Shown: piece after piece, positions 23,945 through 34,435 of the stretch | How the letters are laid out: each line of letters starts with the position of its first letter | How positions within the stretch are numbered: position 1 is the first letter of the stretch | NCBI GenBank assembly: GCA_016929525.1 | Contig: JAFGIP010000045.1 | Location: 9,152-73,151 of the forward strand | Length of the DNA: 64,000 nucleotides | Direction: 5' to 3' | Source of the DNA: Bacteroidales bacterium | Lineage (GTDB): Bacteria > Bacteroidota > Bacteroidia > Bacteroidales > UBA10428 | The notes under the pieces: model-generated | Told to the model about the DNA's origin: nothing | The model's input: only the letters and a program-made list of their open reading frames with translations | Databases searched by the model: none | Program-made: the position numbers and the translations under genes

Positions 23945-25177
23945 ATGAAAAGAAATATTATCATATTAATGGCTTTAGTACAGTTCTCTTTTGCATGTGA
24001 AAGAGAAAAAGATACTAACGACGGTCCAATGGAACCTGTTCAGATCGAGCTGTCGGATAAGGAACAGGAAGTTGTTGAATCTACCAATGAATTCGGGATT
24101 GATATTTTTACAAGAATTGCAGAGGATGAACCTGCAGATAAAAATATTTTTATATCGCCAACAAGTATCGCTTTGGCTTTGGCAATGACACGTAACGGAG
24201 CCAGAAACGAAACCGAAGAAGCCATGGAAACAGGGCTGCATATGTCCGGTTTGTCATCTGAGGATATCAATTCATCTTTTAAAACACTGATAGAAGGTTT
24301 AACCGGAGCAGATGCAAAAGTTATCCTGGATATTGCCAATTCAATCTGGTACCGCCAGGGATATGTGATAGAAGAAGAATTTTTAGAAGTAAATGAAGAA
24401 TACTATAATGCAGAAATAACAGCATTGGATTTTGATTCACCGGAGGCCCCGGATATCATTAACGATTGGGTAGCGGAGAATACCAACAACAAAATACCCG
24501 ACATTGTCGACGAGATCAATCCGGACCACCTGATGTTTCTTATTAATGCCATTTATTTCAACGGAACCTGGACAACAGAATTCAATTCTGAAAATACACG
24601 TGAAAGTTTATTTTATTTAACCGGTGATAACGAAGTGCAAGTTGAAATGATGAATTACCAGGAACCTGTTGGTTATTTTGAAAATGAGCTTCTTCAGGCT
24701 GCCGAACTAGACTATGGAAGAGGAAATTTCAGTATGGTAGTACTTTTGCCTCGTCCGGATTATACTGTTGATGATATTCTGGAACAAATGACTTCAGAAC
24801 AATGGAATAACTGGATGGCCTCATTCAACGACATTGAAGTTGATTTCTATCTCCCGAAATTCAGTTTTGATTATGAAAAAGAATTGAATCAGATTTTGTC
24901 GCTTATGGGGATGGAAATAGCTTTTGATCCTGACAATGCTGATTTTTCAGGAATTATAAACGATATTGATTTATATATAAGCAAAGTGAAGCATAAAGGA
25001 TTTGTTGAAGTTGATGAGGAGGGAACTGAAGCTGCTGCGGTGACTTCTGTTGAAATCTCATTTACTTCTGTTCCCGATCAGCTGATCATGAATGTTAATC
25101 GTCCTTTTATATTTGCAATAAGAGAAAAGACAACCAATGCAATTGTTTTCTTTGGCAGGCTTGCTGTACCGGAATAA
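23945..25177 (+). CDS. Serpin (serine protease inhibitor) lipoprotein
   Basis: Serpin core motifs (FISPTSIALALAMTRNGARNET, NAIYFNGTW), an inhibitory-type hinge (EEGTEAAAVT) and a C-terminal NRPFIFAIRE. The lipobox-like signal is MKRNIIILMALVQFSFAC. The longest ORF starts at 23912. Confidence 0.9.
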   Translation: MKRNIIILMALVQFSFACEREKDTNDGPMEPVQIELSDKEQEVVESTNEFGIDIFTRIAEDEPADKNIFISPTSIALALAMTRNGARNETEEAMETGLHMSGLSSEDINSSFKTLIEGLTGADAKVILDIANSIWYRQGYVIEEEFLEVNEEYYNAEITALDFDSPEAPDIINDWVAENTNNKIPDIVDEINPDHLMFLINAIYFNGTWTTEFNSENTRESLFYLTGDNEVQVEMMNYQEPVGYFENELLQAAELDYGRGNFSMVVLLPRPDYTVDDILEQMTSEQWNNWMASFNDIEVDFYLPKFSFDYEKELNQILSLMGMEIAFDPDNADFSGIINDIDLYISKVKHKGFVEVDEEGTEAAAVTSVEISFTSVPDQLIMNVNRPFIFAIREKTTNAIVFFGRLAVPE

Positions 25178-25188
25178 CATTCAACAGT

Positions 25189-27303
25189 TTAGTTCTTTAT
25201 ACCAACAAGTTTTAATAAGAAAGCGTATTCAAGAGCTGTTTCCTTATGCTGTTTGAATCTGCCTGATGCACCTCCGTGTCCGGCATCCATATTGGTATAC
25301 AACAGGAGTAAATTATCGTCTGTTTTGATATCCCGCAACTTAGCCACCCATTTTGCCGGTTCCCAGTATTGAACCTGGGAATCATGCAGACCTGCAGTTA
25401 CCAGCATATTTGGATAATCATGTGGTTTCACATTATCATAGGGTGAATAACTCAAAATATACTCATAGTATTTCTTGTCATTCGGGTTTCCCCATTCATC
25501 ATATTCACCGGTTGTAAGCGGGATATCATCATCAAGCATGGTTGTTACCACATCTACAAAGGGAACTGCGGCGATTACACCTTTAAATAAATCGGGACGT
25601 TCGTTCACGACAACACCCATAAGCAAACCACCGGCACTGCCCCCCATCGCCATAAGTCTGTCTGTTTGTGTAATTTTTTGATCCACCAGGTATTGCGCAC
25701 ATGCAATATAATCGGTAAAAGTGTTTTTCTTGTTAAGTAGTTTTCCATCATCATACCAATCCCGTCCATAAAATTCCCCGCCCCGTATATGGGCAATAGC
25801 ATAAACAAATCCCCTGTCGAGCATACTTAATCTGGCAATTCCAAATGTGGGATCAATAGTATTCCCATATGATCCGTAAGCATAGAGTAATAACGGCGCC
25901 GAACCATCAAGCGGAGTATTTTTTTTATATACCATTGAAATAGCGACCTTTTTCCCATCACCCGCCAAAGCATACAGACGTTTACTTTCGTAATCATCCG
26001 GATTATGACCACCAACTATCTCCTGTCTTTTTAAAAGTTTCATTCCTCTGGTCTTCATGTTGTATTCGTATGTAGAAATCGGAGTTGTCAGTGATGAATA
26101 ACCAATGCGCAGCAGTTTACCGGAAAAATCGGGATTTATAGAGATCCATGCAGTATACACTTCTTCATTAAACTTTATATAATGTTCATCATTCTTATCC
26201 GAATCAATAATTCTCAGATTAGTATTGCCATCGATCCTTTCATCAACTACCAGGTAATGATCAAAATTTAAAAAACTCTCAACCAGTACATTCTCACGAT
26301 GCGGAATAACTATTTTCCAATTATCCCTGGCAGTTGCTCCAACCGGGGTTTCCATCAGGCAGAAATTCTTTGCATTCAGATTTGTTCTGATATAAAACTT
26401 ATCACCTTTATGACCAATGGAATATTCCACGCCGCGTTCGCGTTTTTGGAAAACACTGAATTCACCAAACGGATTATCGGCTTTAAGAATTCTGTATTCA
26501 TCGGTAAGTGTCGATGATGAACCAATTACCAGGTATTCTCTTGATCGGCTTTTATATAGAAAAGTATAGAATATTTCATCCTTTTCTTCATAGATGAGCA
26601 CTGACTTTTCTTCTGATCCGGGCTGATACCTGAAAATTTTATCAGGTCTTAATGTCTCAGGGTCTTTCGAAGTATAGAAAACAGTTTTATTATCATTCGC
26701 CCAATAAGCCATACCTGTCGTACCACCGATATTCCCCGGAATAATCTGTTCTGTTTCCAGATTTTTAAAGTGTATGGTATAAATTCTCCTGCCGGTTGTG
26801 TCTGCACCATATGCCATTAATTTATTGTCTTCACTCACAGTAATTCCTGACACATGAAAAAAATCATGCCCTTCGGCAAGAATGTTTACATCGATCATAA
26901 TCTCTTCTTGAGCATCAAGTGATCCCTGTTTGCGGCAATAAACCGGATACTCTTTACCTTCTTCATAGCGGGTATAATAATAGTAGCCGTTTAAAAAGTA
27001 TGGTACCGACATATCTGTTTGCTTAATGCGACTGACTATCTCATTAAAAAGGACATCCTGAAGTCCTTCTGTATCTTTCATCATCTCAGAAGTATAATCG
27101 TTTTCTGCTTTCAGGTATTCCAGCACTTCGGGGTTTTCTCTTTTATTTAACCAGAAATACGGATCAATCCTCTTGTGATCATGTATTATAAGCTCTTGAG
27201 TCTGTTTCTTTGCCTTCGGCGGAATCATACATTTTGTTTTTATACCGGGTAAAAATATCAGGCAGCAAATATACAACGTGTTAACAACTAAACCGGTAAA
27301 CAT
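25189..27303 (-). CDS. ptrB: Oligopeptidase B / prolyl oligopeptidase family S9A serine peptidase
   Basis: N-terminal DPYFWL, a beta-propeller region, and a catalytic domain with nucleophile GGSAGGLL and C-terminal D/H contexts (GLHDSQV, AGHGG). Confidence 0.9.
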   Translation of the reverse strand: MFTGLVVNTLYICCLIFLPGIKTKCMIPPKAKKQTQELIIHDHKRIDPYFWLNKRENPEVLEYLKAENDYTSEMMKDTEGLQDVLFNEIVSRIKQTDMSVPYFLNGYYYYTRYEEGKEYPVYCRKQGSLDAQEEIMIDVNILAEGHDFFHVSGITVSEDNKLMAYGADTTGRRIYTIHFKNLETEQIIPGNIGGTTGMAYWANDNKTVFYTSKDPETLRPDKIFRYQPGSEEKSVLIYEEKDEIFYTFLYKSRSREYLVIGSSSTLTDEYRILKADNPFGEFSVFQKRERGVEYSIGHKGDKFYIRTNLNAKNFCLMETPVGATARDNWKIVIPHRENVLVESFLNFDHYLVVDERIDGNTNLRIIDSDKNDEHYIKFNEEVYTAWISINPDFSGKLLRIGYSSLTTPISTYEYNMKTRGMKLLKRQEIVGGHNPDDYESKRLYALAGDGKKVAISMVYKKNTPLDGSAPLLLYAYGSYGNTIDPTFGIARLSMLDRGFVYAIAHIRGGEFYGRDWYDDGKLLNKKNTFTDYIACAQYLVDQKITQTDRLMAMGGSAGGLLMGVVVNERPDLFKGVIAAVPFVDVVTTMLDDDIPLTTGEYDEWGNPNDKKYYEYILSYSPYDNVKPHDYPNMLVTAGLHDSQVQYWEPAKWVAKLRDIKTDDNLLLLYTNMDAGHGGASGRFKQHKETALEYAFLLKLVGIKN

Positions 27304-27431
27304 ATTTTAATAAAATAAGCTCTTCTTACTTAAAACAGATAAAATAAAAATTCATATTTCCATACATTAAAACAACCAGTTTTAAAATATGTTTCCCTGC
27401 CGGCAATGAAACAGATGTTAGTGAATCCGTT

Positions 27432-28601
27432 TTACTTATCAGGGTCACCGACCATAGTTCTTATCAAAACAATCATTATCAGTGCAACAAATGCTGTAAA
27501 CCAGAATACGGGTTGTATATTCTTATCGATATAAAAAAATGCAACAGTAAGAGGTCCAAGTGTTTGTCCTATACGAAGCACCATACTGTTTATTGACATA
27601 AAAGCTGCACGCTCAGACAGAGGTGCAAGGCTAACTAAAATTGTCTGAATATTCGGAATAAGAAATCCATGTCCGATCCCAAATATAACTATCGCACCGA
27701 TTAAAACGGGCCAGTTAAACGCAACTGAAAGAAGTATTAATGAAACTGCATACAGCATAGAGCTGGAGTAAAGCAGTTTCTGAGATCTTATTTTATTTCT
27801 TATCTTGCCTAACTGTGAAGCACTCACAGCAGTAGTTACCGACATCATCGACATAGAAATTCCGATAATCAATGAATCGGCATTAAAACGTTCTTCCATT
27901 AATATCGGGAAAAACGAAAGCAGTGCCCCGTAAAGAATAATGAATACAAGAATATTTAAAATAAAAAGCCCCCAAACATTTCTTCTGTTTACTGTTTTCG
28001 CAACATTCCTCAGATAATTATTTAAAGAAACATTGTTGTGAATGGCTGGAGTGTCAAGCCGTATAATAATCAGCAATAAATAAGGTATTGCCAACACCGG
28101 CAGAAAAAAAGCATAATGCCACTCAAATGATGAAAGAAAACCTCCCACTGCAGGAAAAGAAGCGGTACCAATACTTAATACACTGGCATTATAACCCATT
28201 GCTTTTATCCTGTCTTTTCCTTCATAGATATCCCCGATCAGAGTAACATTCAGCAGTCCCAATGCAGCAGCACCTGTACCCTGTATGAATCTCATAACGA
28301 GTAATCCGTTATAATCCTTTTGAAATGCACATAGAAATCCGGCAGTTCCAAATAAAAACAGTGATATCAGTAGAATAGGTTTTCGTCCGTATCTGTCGGC
28401 CAGTATTCCCATGAATGGTGATAATACAATCCCGGGAAGAGTGAATACTGTGATTAAATATCCGATTTGTTTTACAGACAGTCCGTAGTGTTTTATTATC
28501 TGGGGAAATGCCGGCGTTATACTCGAAACTCCCATGACTGCAAATAAGGTAACACCGAAGATTATTTGTAAATTCTTACCGGCAAGGACTCTGTTCTTCA
28601 T
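27432..28601 (-). CDS. MFS transporter
   Basis: 12-TM profile and the MFS loop motif GILADRYGRKP. Confidence 0.85.
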   Translation of the reverse strand: MKNRVLAGKNLQIIFGVTLFAVMGVSSITPAFPQIIKHYGLSVKQIGYLITVFTLPGIVLSPFMGILADRYGRKPILLISLFLFGTAGFLCAFQKDYNGLLVMRFIQGTGAAALGLLNVTLIGDIYEGKDRIKAMGYNASVLSIGTASFPAVGGFLSSFEWHYAFFLPVLAIPYLLLIIIRLDTPAIHNNVSLNNYLRNVAKTVNRRNVWGLFILNILVFIILYGALLSFFPILMEERFNADSLIIGISMSMMSVTTAVSASQLGKIRNKIRSQKLLYSSSMLYAVSLILLSVAFNWPVLIGAIVIFGIGHGFLIPNIQTILVSLAPLSERAAFMSINSMVLRIGQTLGPLTVAFFYIDKNIQPVFWFTAFVALIMIVLIRTMVGDPDK

Positions 28602-28720
28602 TTATCATTGCATAAACTGCGCTAATATAATGTTTCTTAATCAGGAAATATATTTATGAATGTCAGTCAGGGTATTTTATTTTTTATGTGTGTTACAACT
28701 GAACCACAAAATAAAAGAAA

Positions 28721-28858
28721 ATGAAAAAGGTAAACGCACTTAAACTGACTGTAATACTTGTTGCCATTTTGATTGGAGCATTTGCAGAGTATTATGAAAA
28801 GAAAGTTGAAAAAGAAAAAGTGAAAGCCAAAACAGAAATTGCTTATCTAATCTATTAA
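28721..28858 (+). CDS. Possible small membrane protein (45 aa)
   Basis: An ATG ORF encodes MKKVNALKLTVILVAILIGAFAEYYEKKVEKEKVKAKTEIAYLIY, one hydrophobic helix plus a charged tail. It is divergent from the MFS gene. There is no other support. Confidence 0.25.
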   Translation: MKKVNALKLTVILVAILIGAFAEYYEKKVEKEKVKAKTEIAYLIY

Positions 28859-29075
28859 GCAGCAAGGAATGATTATTATGAATGACTGGTACCCAAAATG
28901 GACTGACACATTGTATGCTTTTCTTGTATCCCGCCGACTCCGGAATTTGTTCTCTATTAAATAATCAGTTTCTTTAATATTTCATGAAATACCAGGATAT
29001 TTCAAATTCGGCCGAATAAATTAACTTGTTATTCTAATCGGTTGAAAGATGTTATCTGAGTTCGAATAACATGAA

Positions 29076-32000
29076 TTATCTAAAGTACTTATTCAACACT
29101 TTTGCCAATTGAACTGTGCTAATCGGTTTAACCAGAATATCATTAATCCCGGATTCCTTAATCATTCTTACCTCATCAGCAAAGGCATATGCAGTTTGGG
29201 CAATTATCGGGACATTCGGATTTGATTGCCGAATAATTTTTGTTGCCTGAAAACCACTCATTACCGGTAATTTTATATCCATAAGTATGATATCAGGGTT
29301 AAATTGATCAAATTTGCTAATTGCTTCCTTTCCATCCAAAGCACGGATAATTTTTGCCGATGTCTTTAACAAATAAATATTTAATAGATCAAAGTTTGTA
29401 TCTTCATCCTCGGCAATCAAAATTACTTTGTTCTTCATATCCGGATATTCTGAACTCCATTTATGAGTTTCACTCCTTTCATCAGTTTCCGGTATTTTAA
29501 GAACAGGTAATGTAAAATAGAAAGTAGTCCCTTTGTTTAACTCCGACTCATACCAAATTTCACCATCCCACAATCCTACCAGATTTTTACAAATTGCCAG
29601 TCCTAATCCGGTTCCGCTATAAAACAAATCATTGCTATTTTCACTTTTCCTAAAACGATCAAAAATATCATCACCTGATTCTTTTGGAACTCCGATACCT
29701 GTATCTTTCACATAAAAAGTAATAAGGTTATCTTTTATATCACCTCCAAGTTCTATAAACCCGTTATCTGTAAATTTAATTGCATTGGCTGCCAGATTAT
29801 TAATAACCTGTTTCAGTCGTTCTTTATCGGCATAAACATTCAGGGACTGTGATATTTTACTCATTGAAAGTTTTAATTTTAATTTCTTTCTTGAGGCCTC
29901 AAACTGCCAGCCACTTGTTATTTCCCTAAAGAGATTATGAATATTAACTGTGCTGTAATTCAACGTAATCTGGTCTGCTTGTAACTTAGATAATTCGAGA
30001 ATATCGTTAATCAGGACAAGCAAAGTTTCACCGTTCGATGTTATAAAATTGATAAATTGCTCCCTGCTTTTATCGTCTACATCTTCATCTCGCAGTAACG
30101 AAGCAAAACCAATAATCGCATTCATTGGTGTACGAATTTCATGTGACATGTTTGCCAGGAAAGCGCTCTTTAACCTGTCAGATTGTTCAGCTTTATAAAG
30201 TGCTTTTTCAAGTTCCTTGGTTCTCTGCTCTACCAGATGTTCAAGCTTATTTCTGTGTTTATCAAGCTCCTTATTTTGTGCCAGTATTTGTTCTCTTTGA
30301 AGCAATAAGCGCGCGTTTTTTTCCTCTAATTTCTTGTGTTGCTCTTTAATTGCCTCATTTTGAATATTGATTTTTTCCTGCTTCTCTTCGAGCAATAAAT
30401 TTGCTTCCTGCAATTCACATGTTCTTTCTTTTACTTTCTTTGCCAGTAATTGCTGCTGATAATTATAGCTTTTTATTCTTTCCCGAATTAAATGATAAGA
30501 AATGCCAAACACAAGAATACTTATCAGGGCAATGAACCAGAAAGTTTTCCAGAACGGGGGTTTAATAATAACCAGTAATGATTTACCCTCATAATTCCAA
30601 ACGCCGTCATTGTTGGAAGCTATAATACGCAGATTGTATGTTCCCGGATCGAGATTTGTATAAGTTGCAGTTCGTTTATTTTTCACATAGTTCCAGCCTT
30701 TATCGAACCCTTCAAGCATATAAGCATACTGGTTTTGCTCAGGTGTGGTATAATCTAGTGCAGCAAATTCAAATGAAATTACAGTGTGATTGTAATTCAA
30801 AGTTATCTTGTCGCACTCATTAATGTCTTTAGTTAAAATTCCTTTTTCAGCATTTATTAAAACGGGTTCATTAAAAACGGAAAAACCTGTTATAACAACG
30901 TCCGGAGGTATTGTATTACCTCCAAGACTATCTGGGTGAAATATATTAAATCCCTTAGTGCCCCCAAAGAGCAACTGTCCGTTTTTTGTAATACAGCTGC
31001 TTCTTCTGATAAATGATTTTCCCTGAAGCCCGTCGGTATAACGAAGATTATAAAACGATGTATCTTTAGGATTGAATTTAGAGATCCCATTGTCGGTTCC
31101 TATCCAGATATTCCCCTGCATATCTTCTACAAGGCTTGTAATACGATTGTTAGCGAGTCCGTCTTCTTCAAAATAATGTGCGAATTTTTCCGTCACAGGA
31201 TCAAATACGTTCAAACCGTTTATTGTACCAATCCATATAGAAGAGTCGCGAGCCTGTAATAAAACCTGACAGTGGCCGTCGCTGAGTCCGTCTTCTTCGC
31301 TTTCCGTATAATTTTTAAAACGTTTTGTTTCAGTATTAAAAACGGAAAATCCTCCCACATGAGCCAATATAATATTTCCCTTGTAATCTTCTTTTATATC
31401 AATTACCCAGTCATTAGGGATACCACTGTTTTTCGTAGAGTAAGTAATAAATCTTTTTTCCTGAGAATCGTACTGTGATAAACCGACACTGGCAAATGAC
31501 ACCCAGATTCTGGACTTACTATCAACATAAGTGGCAAATATGTTATGGTTGGAAACACCTTCATTAATCTCAGACAATAACGTAAAAGAACCTGTATTCC
31601 TGTTATAACGGTTTAAACCTGTTCCCCATCCGCTTACCCATATATTTCCATCGCGATCAGATCCGATATCCAGAACAGCATCTCCGATTAAATTTGAATT
31701 TTTAGTTGTATAGTGTTTATACTTGCCCGTTTTTCTATCCAGGACATTAATGCCTCCTCCGTCAGTTCCAATCCATAATTTACCATCAAAATCCATATAA
31801 AAACAGCTGACAACGTTATAGCTCAACGAGTTCTGATTGCCATGTATCTTTTTATAGGTCTCAATATTTTTCCTGTTAGACTTATATACATTTATTCCTC
31901 CGGTATAAGTACCAACCCATAAATTATTGGCTTTATCGATATATATCGAGTGAACCGAATTACTGTTAAGTGATCCCGGAATATTCTCATCGAACCTGTA

Positions 32001-32948
32001 ATTCTGTGTTTTAAGGTTTGAAATATTGAAATAACTTAAACCTTCATTTTCCGTTCCTATCCAGAAACCGCCTTGTCCGTCTGAGCACAAAGACAGTATA
32101 TTTCTGGGTTGTGGTATGTTTGTCTGCAAATTGTACCTGATAAAATTTACCTCACCCGTATTTCTGATACTGATCCTGTAAAGTCTGTCAGAATAAGAAC
32201 CAACCCAGATATTACCTTTTGCATCTTTTACCAGATCCCTGCAAATAATCGGGCTTTCATGGTCTGCCCCTTCAGGATCAATATCGAAATGTTTGAATTT
32301 TCCGGTCACCGGATTAAAGCGATCCAATCCGCCTCCATTGGTTGCCAGCCATATATATCCACGCCTGTCCTGTTCAATGGCATATATGGTATTATCAGAA
32401 ATAACATTTGGTCCCTGACTGAGGTGTGAGAATACATTTACAATGTTATTATCGCTTCCTAAAAGACAAAGACCATACTGATAAACGCCAAGCCATATTC
32501 TGCCTTTTTTATCTTCGAATATTTTGCTTACTCCTATTGATCTTGCCTGTATCTCATCGTTCGAAACACCACTGTAATTAATAAAATTATCCAGCTCCCG
32601 GTTATAAATACTATATCCCCTGTTATGTGCTATCCACAGATTACCTTTACTGTCAATCAGAAGATCTTCAATCCTGTCACCGGGAATTGACACACTGTCT
32701 TTCTTATCACTATTGTAGATCTTAAAAGTATAGCCATCATATCTGTTTAAACCATTCCTGGTCCCAAACCACATAAAACCTGTAGAATCCTGGACAATAG
32801 TTGCCACAGTCTGATGGCTCAAACCATTGTCGGTTGTGAGATATTCGAACTGAACAGCTTTTTCCTTTGCAAAAACTGAGAAATTACTAATACCCAAAAA
32901 CCCAACTACACAGAGTAAGAACTGAAACTTTTTACTTACAGGAGACAT
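29076..32948 (-). CDS. Hybrid sensor histidine kinase/response regulator with periplasmic beta-propeller sensor (HTCS-like but without a DNA-binding domain)
   Basis: Domain order: signal peptide, two runs of Reg_prop-type repeats, a Y_Y_Y-like Ig region, a TM helix (FWFIALISILVFGISYHLI), a coiled coil, the H-box (SHEIRTPMNAIIGF), N/G boxes (GTGLGLAICK), and a receiver (ILIAEDEDTN...DIILMDIKLPVMSG...KP). The protein ends right after the receiver. Confidence 0.9.
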   Translation of the reverse strand: MSPVSKKFQFLLCVVGFLGISNFSVFAKEKAVQFEYLTTDNGLSHQTVATIVQDSTGFMWFGTRNGLNRYDGYTFKIYNSDKKDSVSIPGDRIEDLLIDSKGNLWIAHNRGYSIYNRELDNFINYSGVSNDEIQARSIGVSKIFEDKKGRIWLGVYQYGLCLLGSDNNIVNVFSHLSQGPNVISDNTIYAIEQDRRGYIWLATNGGGLDRFNPVTGKFKHFDIDPEGADHESPIICRDLVKDAKGNIWVGSYSDRLYRISIRNTGEVNFIRYNLQTNIPQPRNILSLCSDGQGGFWIGTENEGLSYFNISNLKTQNYRFDENIPGSLNSNSVHSIYIDKANNLWVGTYTGGINVYKSNRKNIETYKKIHGNQNSLSYNVVSCFYMDFDGKLWIGTDGGGINVLDRKTGKYKHYTTKNSNLIGDAVLDIGSDRDGNIWVSGWGTGLNRYNRNTGSFTLLSEINEGVSNHNIFATYVDSKSRIWVSFASVGLSQYDSQEKRFITYSTKNSGIPNDWVIDIKEDYKGNIILAHVGGFSVFNTETKRFKNYTESEEDGLSDGHCQVLLQARDSSIWIGTINGLNVFDPVTEKFAHYFEEDGLANNRITSLVEDMQGNIWIGTDNGISKFNPKDTSFYNLRYTDGLQGKSFIRRSSCITKNGQLLFGGTKGFNIFHPDSLGGNTIPPDVVITGFSVFNEPVLINAEKGILTKDINECDKITLNYNHTVISFEFAALDYTTPEQNQYAYMLEGFDKGWNYVKNKRTATYTNLDPGTYNLRIIASNNDGVWNYEGKSLLVIIKPPFWKTFWFIALISILVFGISYHLIRERIKSYNYQQQLLAKKVKERTCELQEANLLLEEKQEKINIQNEAIKEQHKKLEEKNARLLLQREQILAQNKELDKHRNKLEHLVEQRTKELEKALYKAEQSDRLKSAFLANMSHEIRTPMNAIIGFASLLRDEDVDDKSREQFINFITSNGETLLVLINDILELSKLQADQITLNYSTVNIHNLFREITSGWQFEASRKKLKLKLSMSKISQSLNVYADKERLKQVINNLAANAIKFTDNGFIELGGDIKDNLITFYVKDTGIGVPKESGDDIFDRFRKSENSNDLFYSGTGLGLAICKNLVGLWDGEIWYESELNKGTTFYFTLPVLKIPETDERSETHKWSSEYPDMKNKVILIAEDEDTNFDLLNIYLLKTSAKIIRALDGKEAISKFDQFNPDIILMDIKLPVMSGFQATKIIRQSNPNVPIIAQTAYAFADEVRMIKESGINDILVKPISTVQLAKVLNKYFR

Positions 32949-33296
32949 TTACATTTTTTTTTGTCTCAAATTAAACAATACACTAAATGATGAAAGACAG
33001 GTGATGTTCAGATATTTTAAATGATTTTTATCAGAACCGGTTGTTTCTCAACAAAAAGATAGGATTTTTTTTTGATTTTTATATTACAAAAAAGTAAAAT
33101 TTATCAGAATCCTGTTCAAATAACACGTCTGAAAATTTATATAAAATCCTATAATTATAAATTTAATTCTTTGAAAATAAGTTAGTTTCAGACTTGATTA
33201 ATATTTTCAGATATACTACCTTACCGTCATCAAATTGAGTATGCTTTTCTCAGGTTATAGCGAGTCAACATCTTATCAATCTAATACAAAGAAGCC

Positions 33297-34415
33297 ATGC
33301 CGACCTATAATGATCTTCGCCCCGATTCCGATTTTAATCAAAAAGATTATGCTTTGCTTTTTTCCGAACTGGATACAGTTACCAAAAAGCGAATAATACA
33401 GAACCTGCTTGATCTCAGAACAGCATTAAGCACGAACATTTCTAAAAAAATTGCTGATAAGAATCTTATTATTGCCAGTTGGAATTTAAAAGAATTCGGA
33501 CACACAACACAGCGATTGCCCGAGACTTATTTTTATATAGCTGAAATTATTAACAGCTTCGATCTGGTAGGCGTTCAGGAGATTAAATCCGGAATGCGTG
33601 ATCTGGAGATCATCAGTAGTCTATTAGGTAATGACTGGTCCTTTATAGTGAACGATATTACCGAAGGAAATGACGGTAATTCAGAGCGCAGTGCTTATTT
33701 GTATAATAATAAAAGAGTGAAATTATCTGGATTGGCCGGCGAGCTGGTGCCATGGAAGAAAATAATTGACAGTTCACCGATTGATCAGTTTAAAAGAACA
33801 CCTTATATAACCGGATTTACTGCAAGATGGAAATCATTTGTGCTGATAAATCTTCACCTGCACCCAAAAGATAAACCAGAGGATGTTGAAAGGCGCCGCA
33901 ATGAAGTCACTCTACTGTTGAATATGCTTAAATTTAAAAAACAAAATAAAAGACTCTGGAATGAAAACCTTGTAATTATGGGAGATTGTAATTTTTACAG
34001 GGGTACAGAGAAAGATGATAATACAATAGCACTTTTTAATAATGCAGGTTATTTCGAGGTAGAAGGATTAAAAGGCAAAGACACTAATGTATCTAAAACT
34101 CAGGTATACGATCGTCTGTTTTTTACAAACAACAATTATTTTAAGTTGGCAAGGAATAATAATAATGAAACCGTTGGCGGAGTGTTCAATCCGTTTAACT
34201 ATATTTATAGACTTGGGCAGGAAAGCATTTACAGGAAAGAAATGAAAGATGATTATACCGGAAACAAGAACATGAACGACCCTGATAATCTGAAGTCATA
34301 TTTCAAACACCCGTGGCGAAAAAACCAGATATCAGACCATTTTCCAATCTGGGCGGAATTATTAATCGATTCTTCCGATGATTTTCTGCAGAAGAAGCTT
34401 GGTGAGCTGGGTTAA
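33297..34415 (+). CDS. Endonuclease/exonuclease/phosphatase (EEP, DNase I-like) family protein, no signal peptide
   Basis: EEP motifs: IASWNLKEFG (N-terminal Asn/Glu), GVQEI, IMGDCNF, and C-terminal SDHFPIWAEL. Confidence 0.85.
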   Translation: MPTYNDLRPDSDFNQKDYALLFSELDTVTKKRIIQNLLDLRTALSTNISKKIADKNLIIASWNLKEFGHTTQRLPETYFYIAEIINSFDLVGVQEIKSGMRDLEIISSLLGNDWSFIVNDITEGNDGNSERSAYLYNNKRVKLSGLAGELVPWKKIIDSSPIDQFKRTPYITGFTARWKSFVLINLHLHPKDKPEDVERRRNEVTLLLNMLKFKKQNKRLWNENLVIMGDCNFYRGTEKDDNTIALFNNAGYFEVEGLKGKDTNVSKTQVYDRLFFTNNNYFKLARNNNNETVGGVFNPFNYIYRLGQESIYRKEMKDDYTGNKNMNDPDNLKSYFKHPWRKNQISDHFPIWAELLIDSSDDFLQKKLGELG

Positions 34416-34435
34416 TTTTATAATTATGCTTTTCA

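Noticed and set aside
28869-28964. 31-aa ORF (MIIMNDWYPKWTDTLYAFLVSRRLRNLFSIK) in the MFS-kinase intergenic region
   Set aside because: It has no supporting features, its composition is unremarkable, and it lies in a region with several equally short ORFs. Evidence is insufficient.
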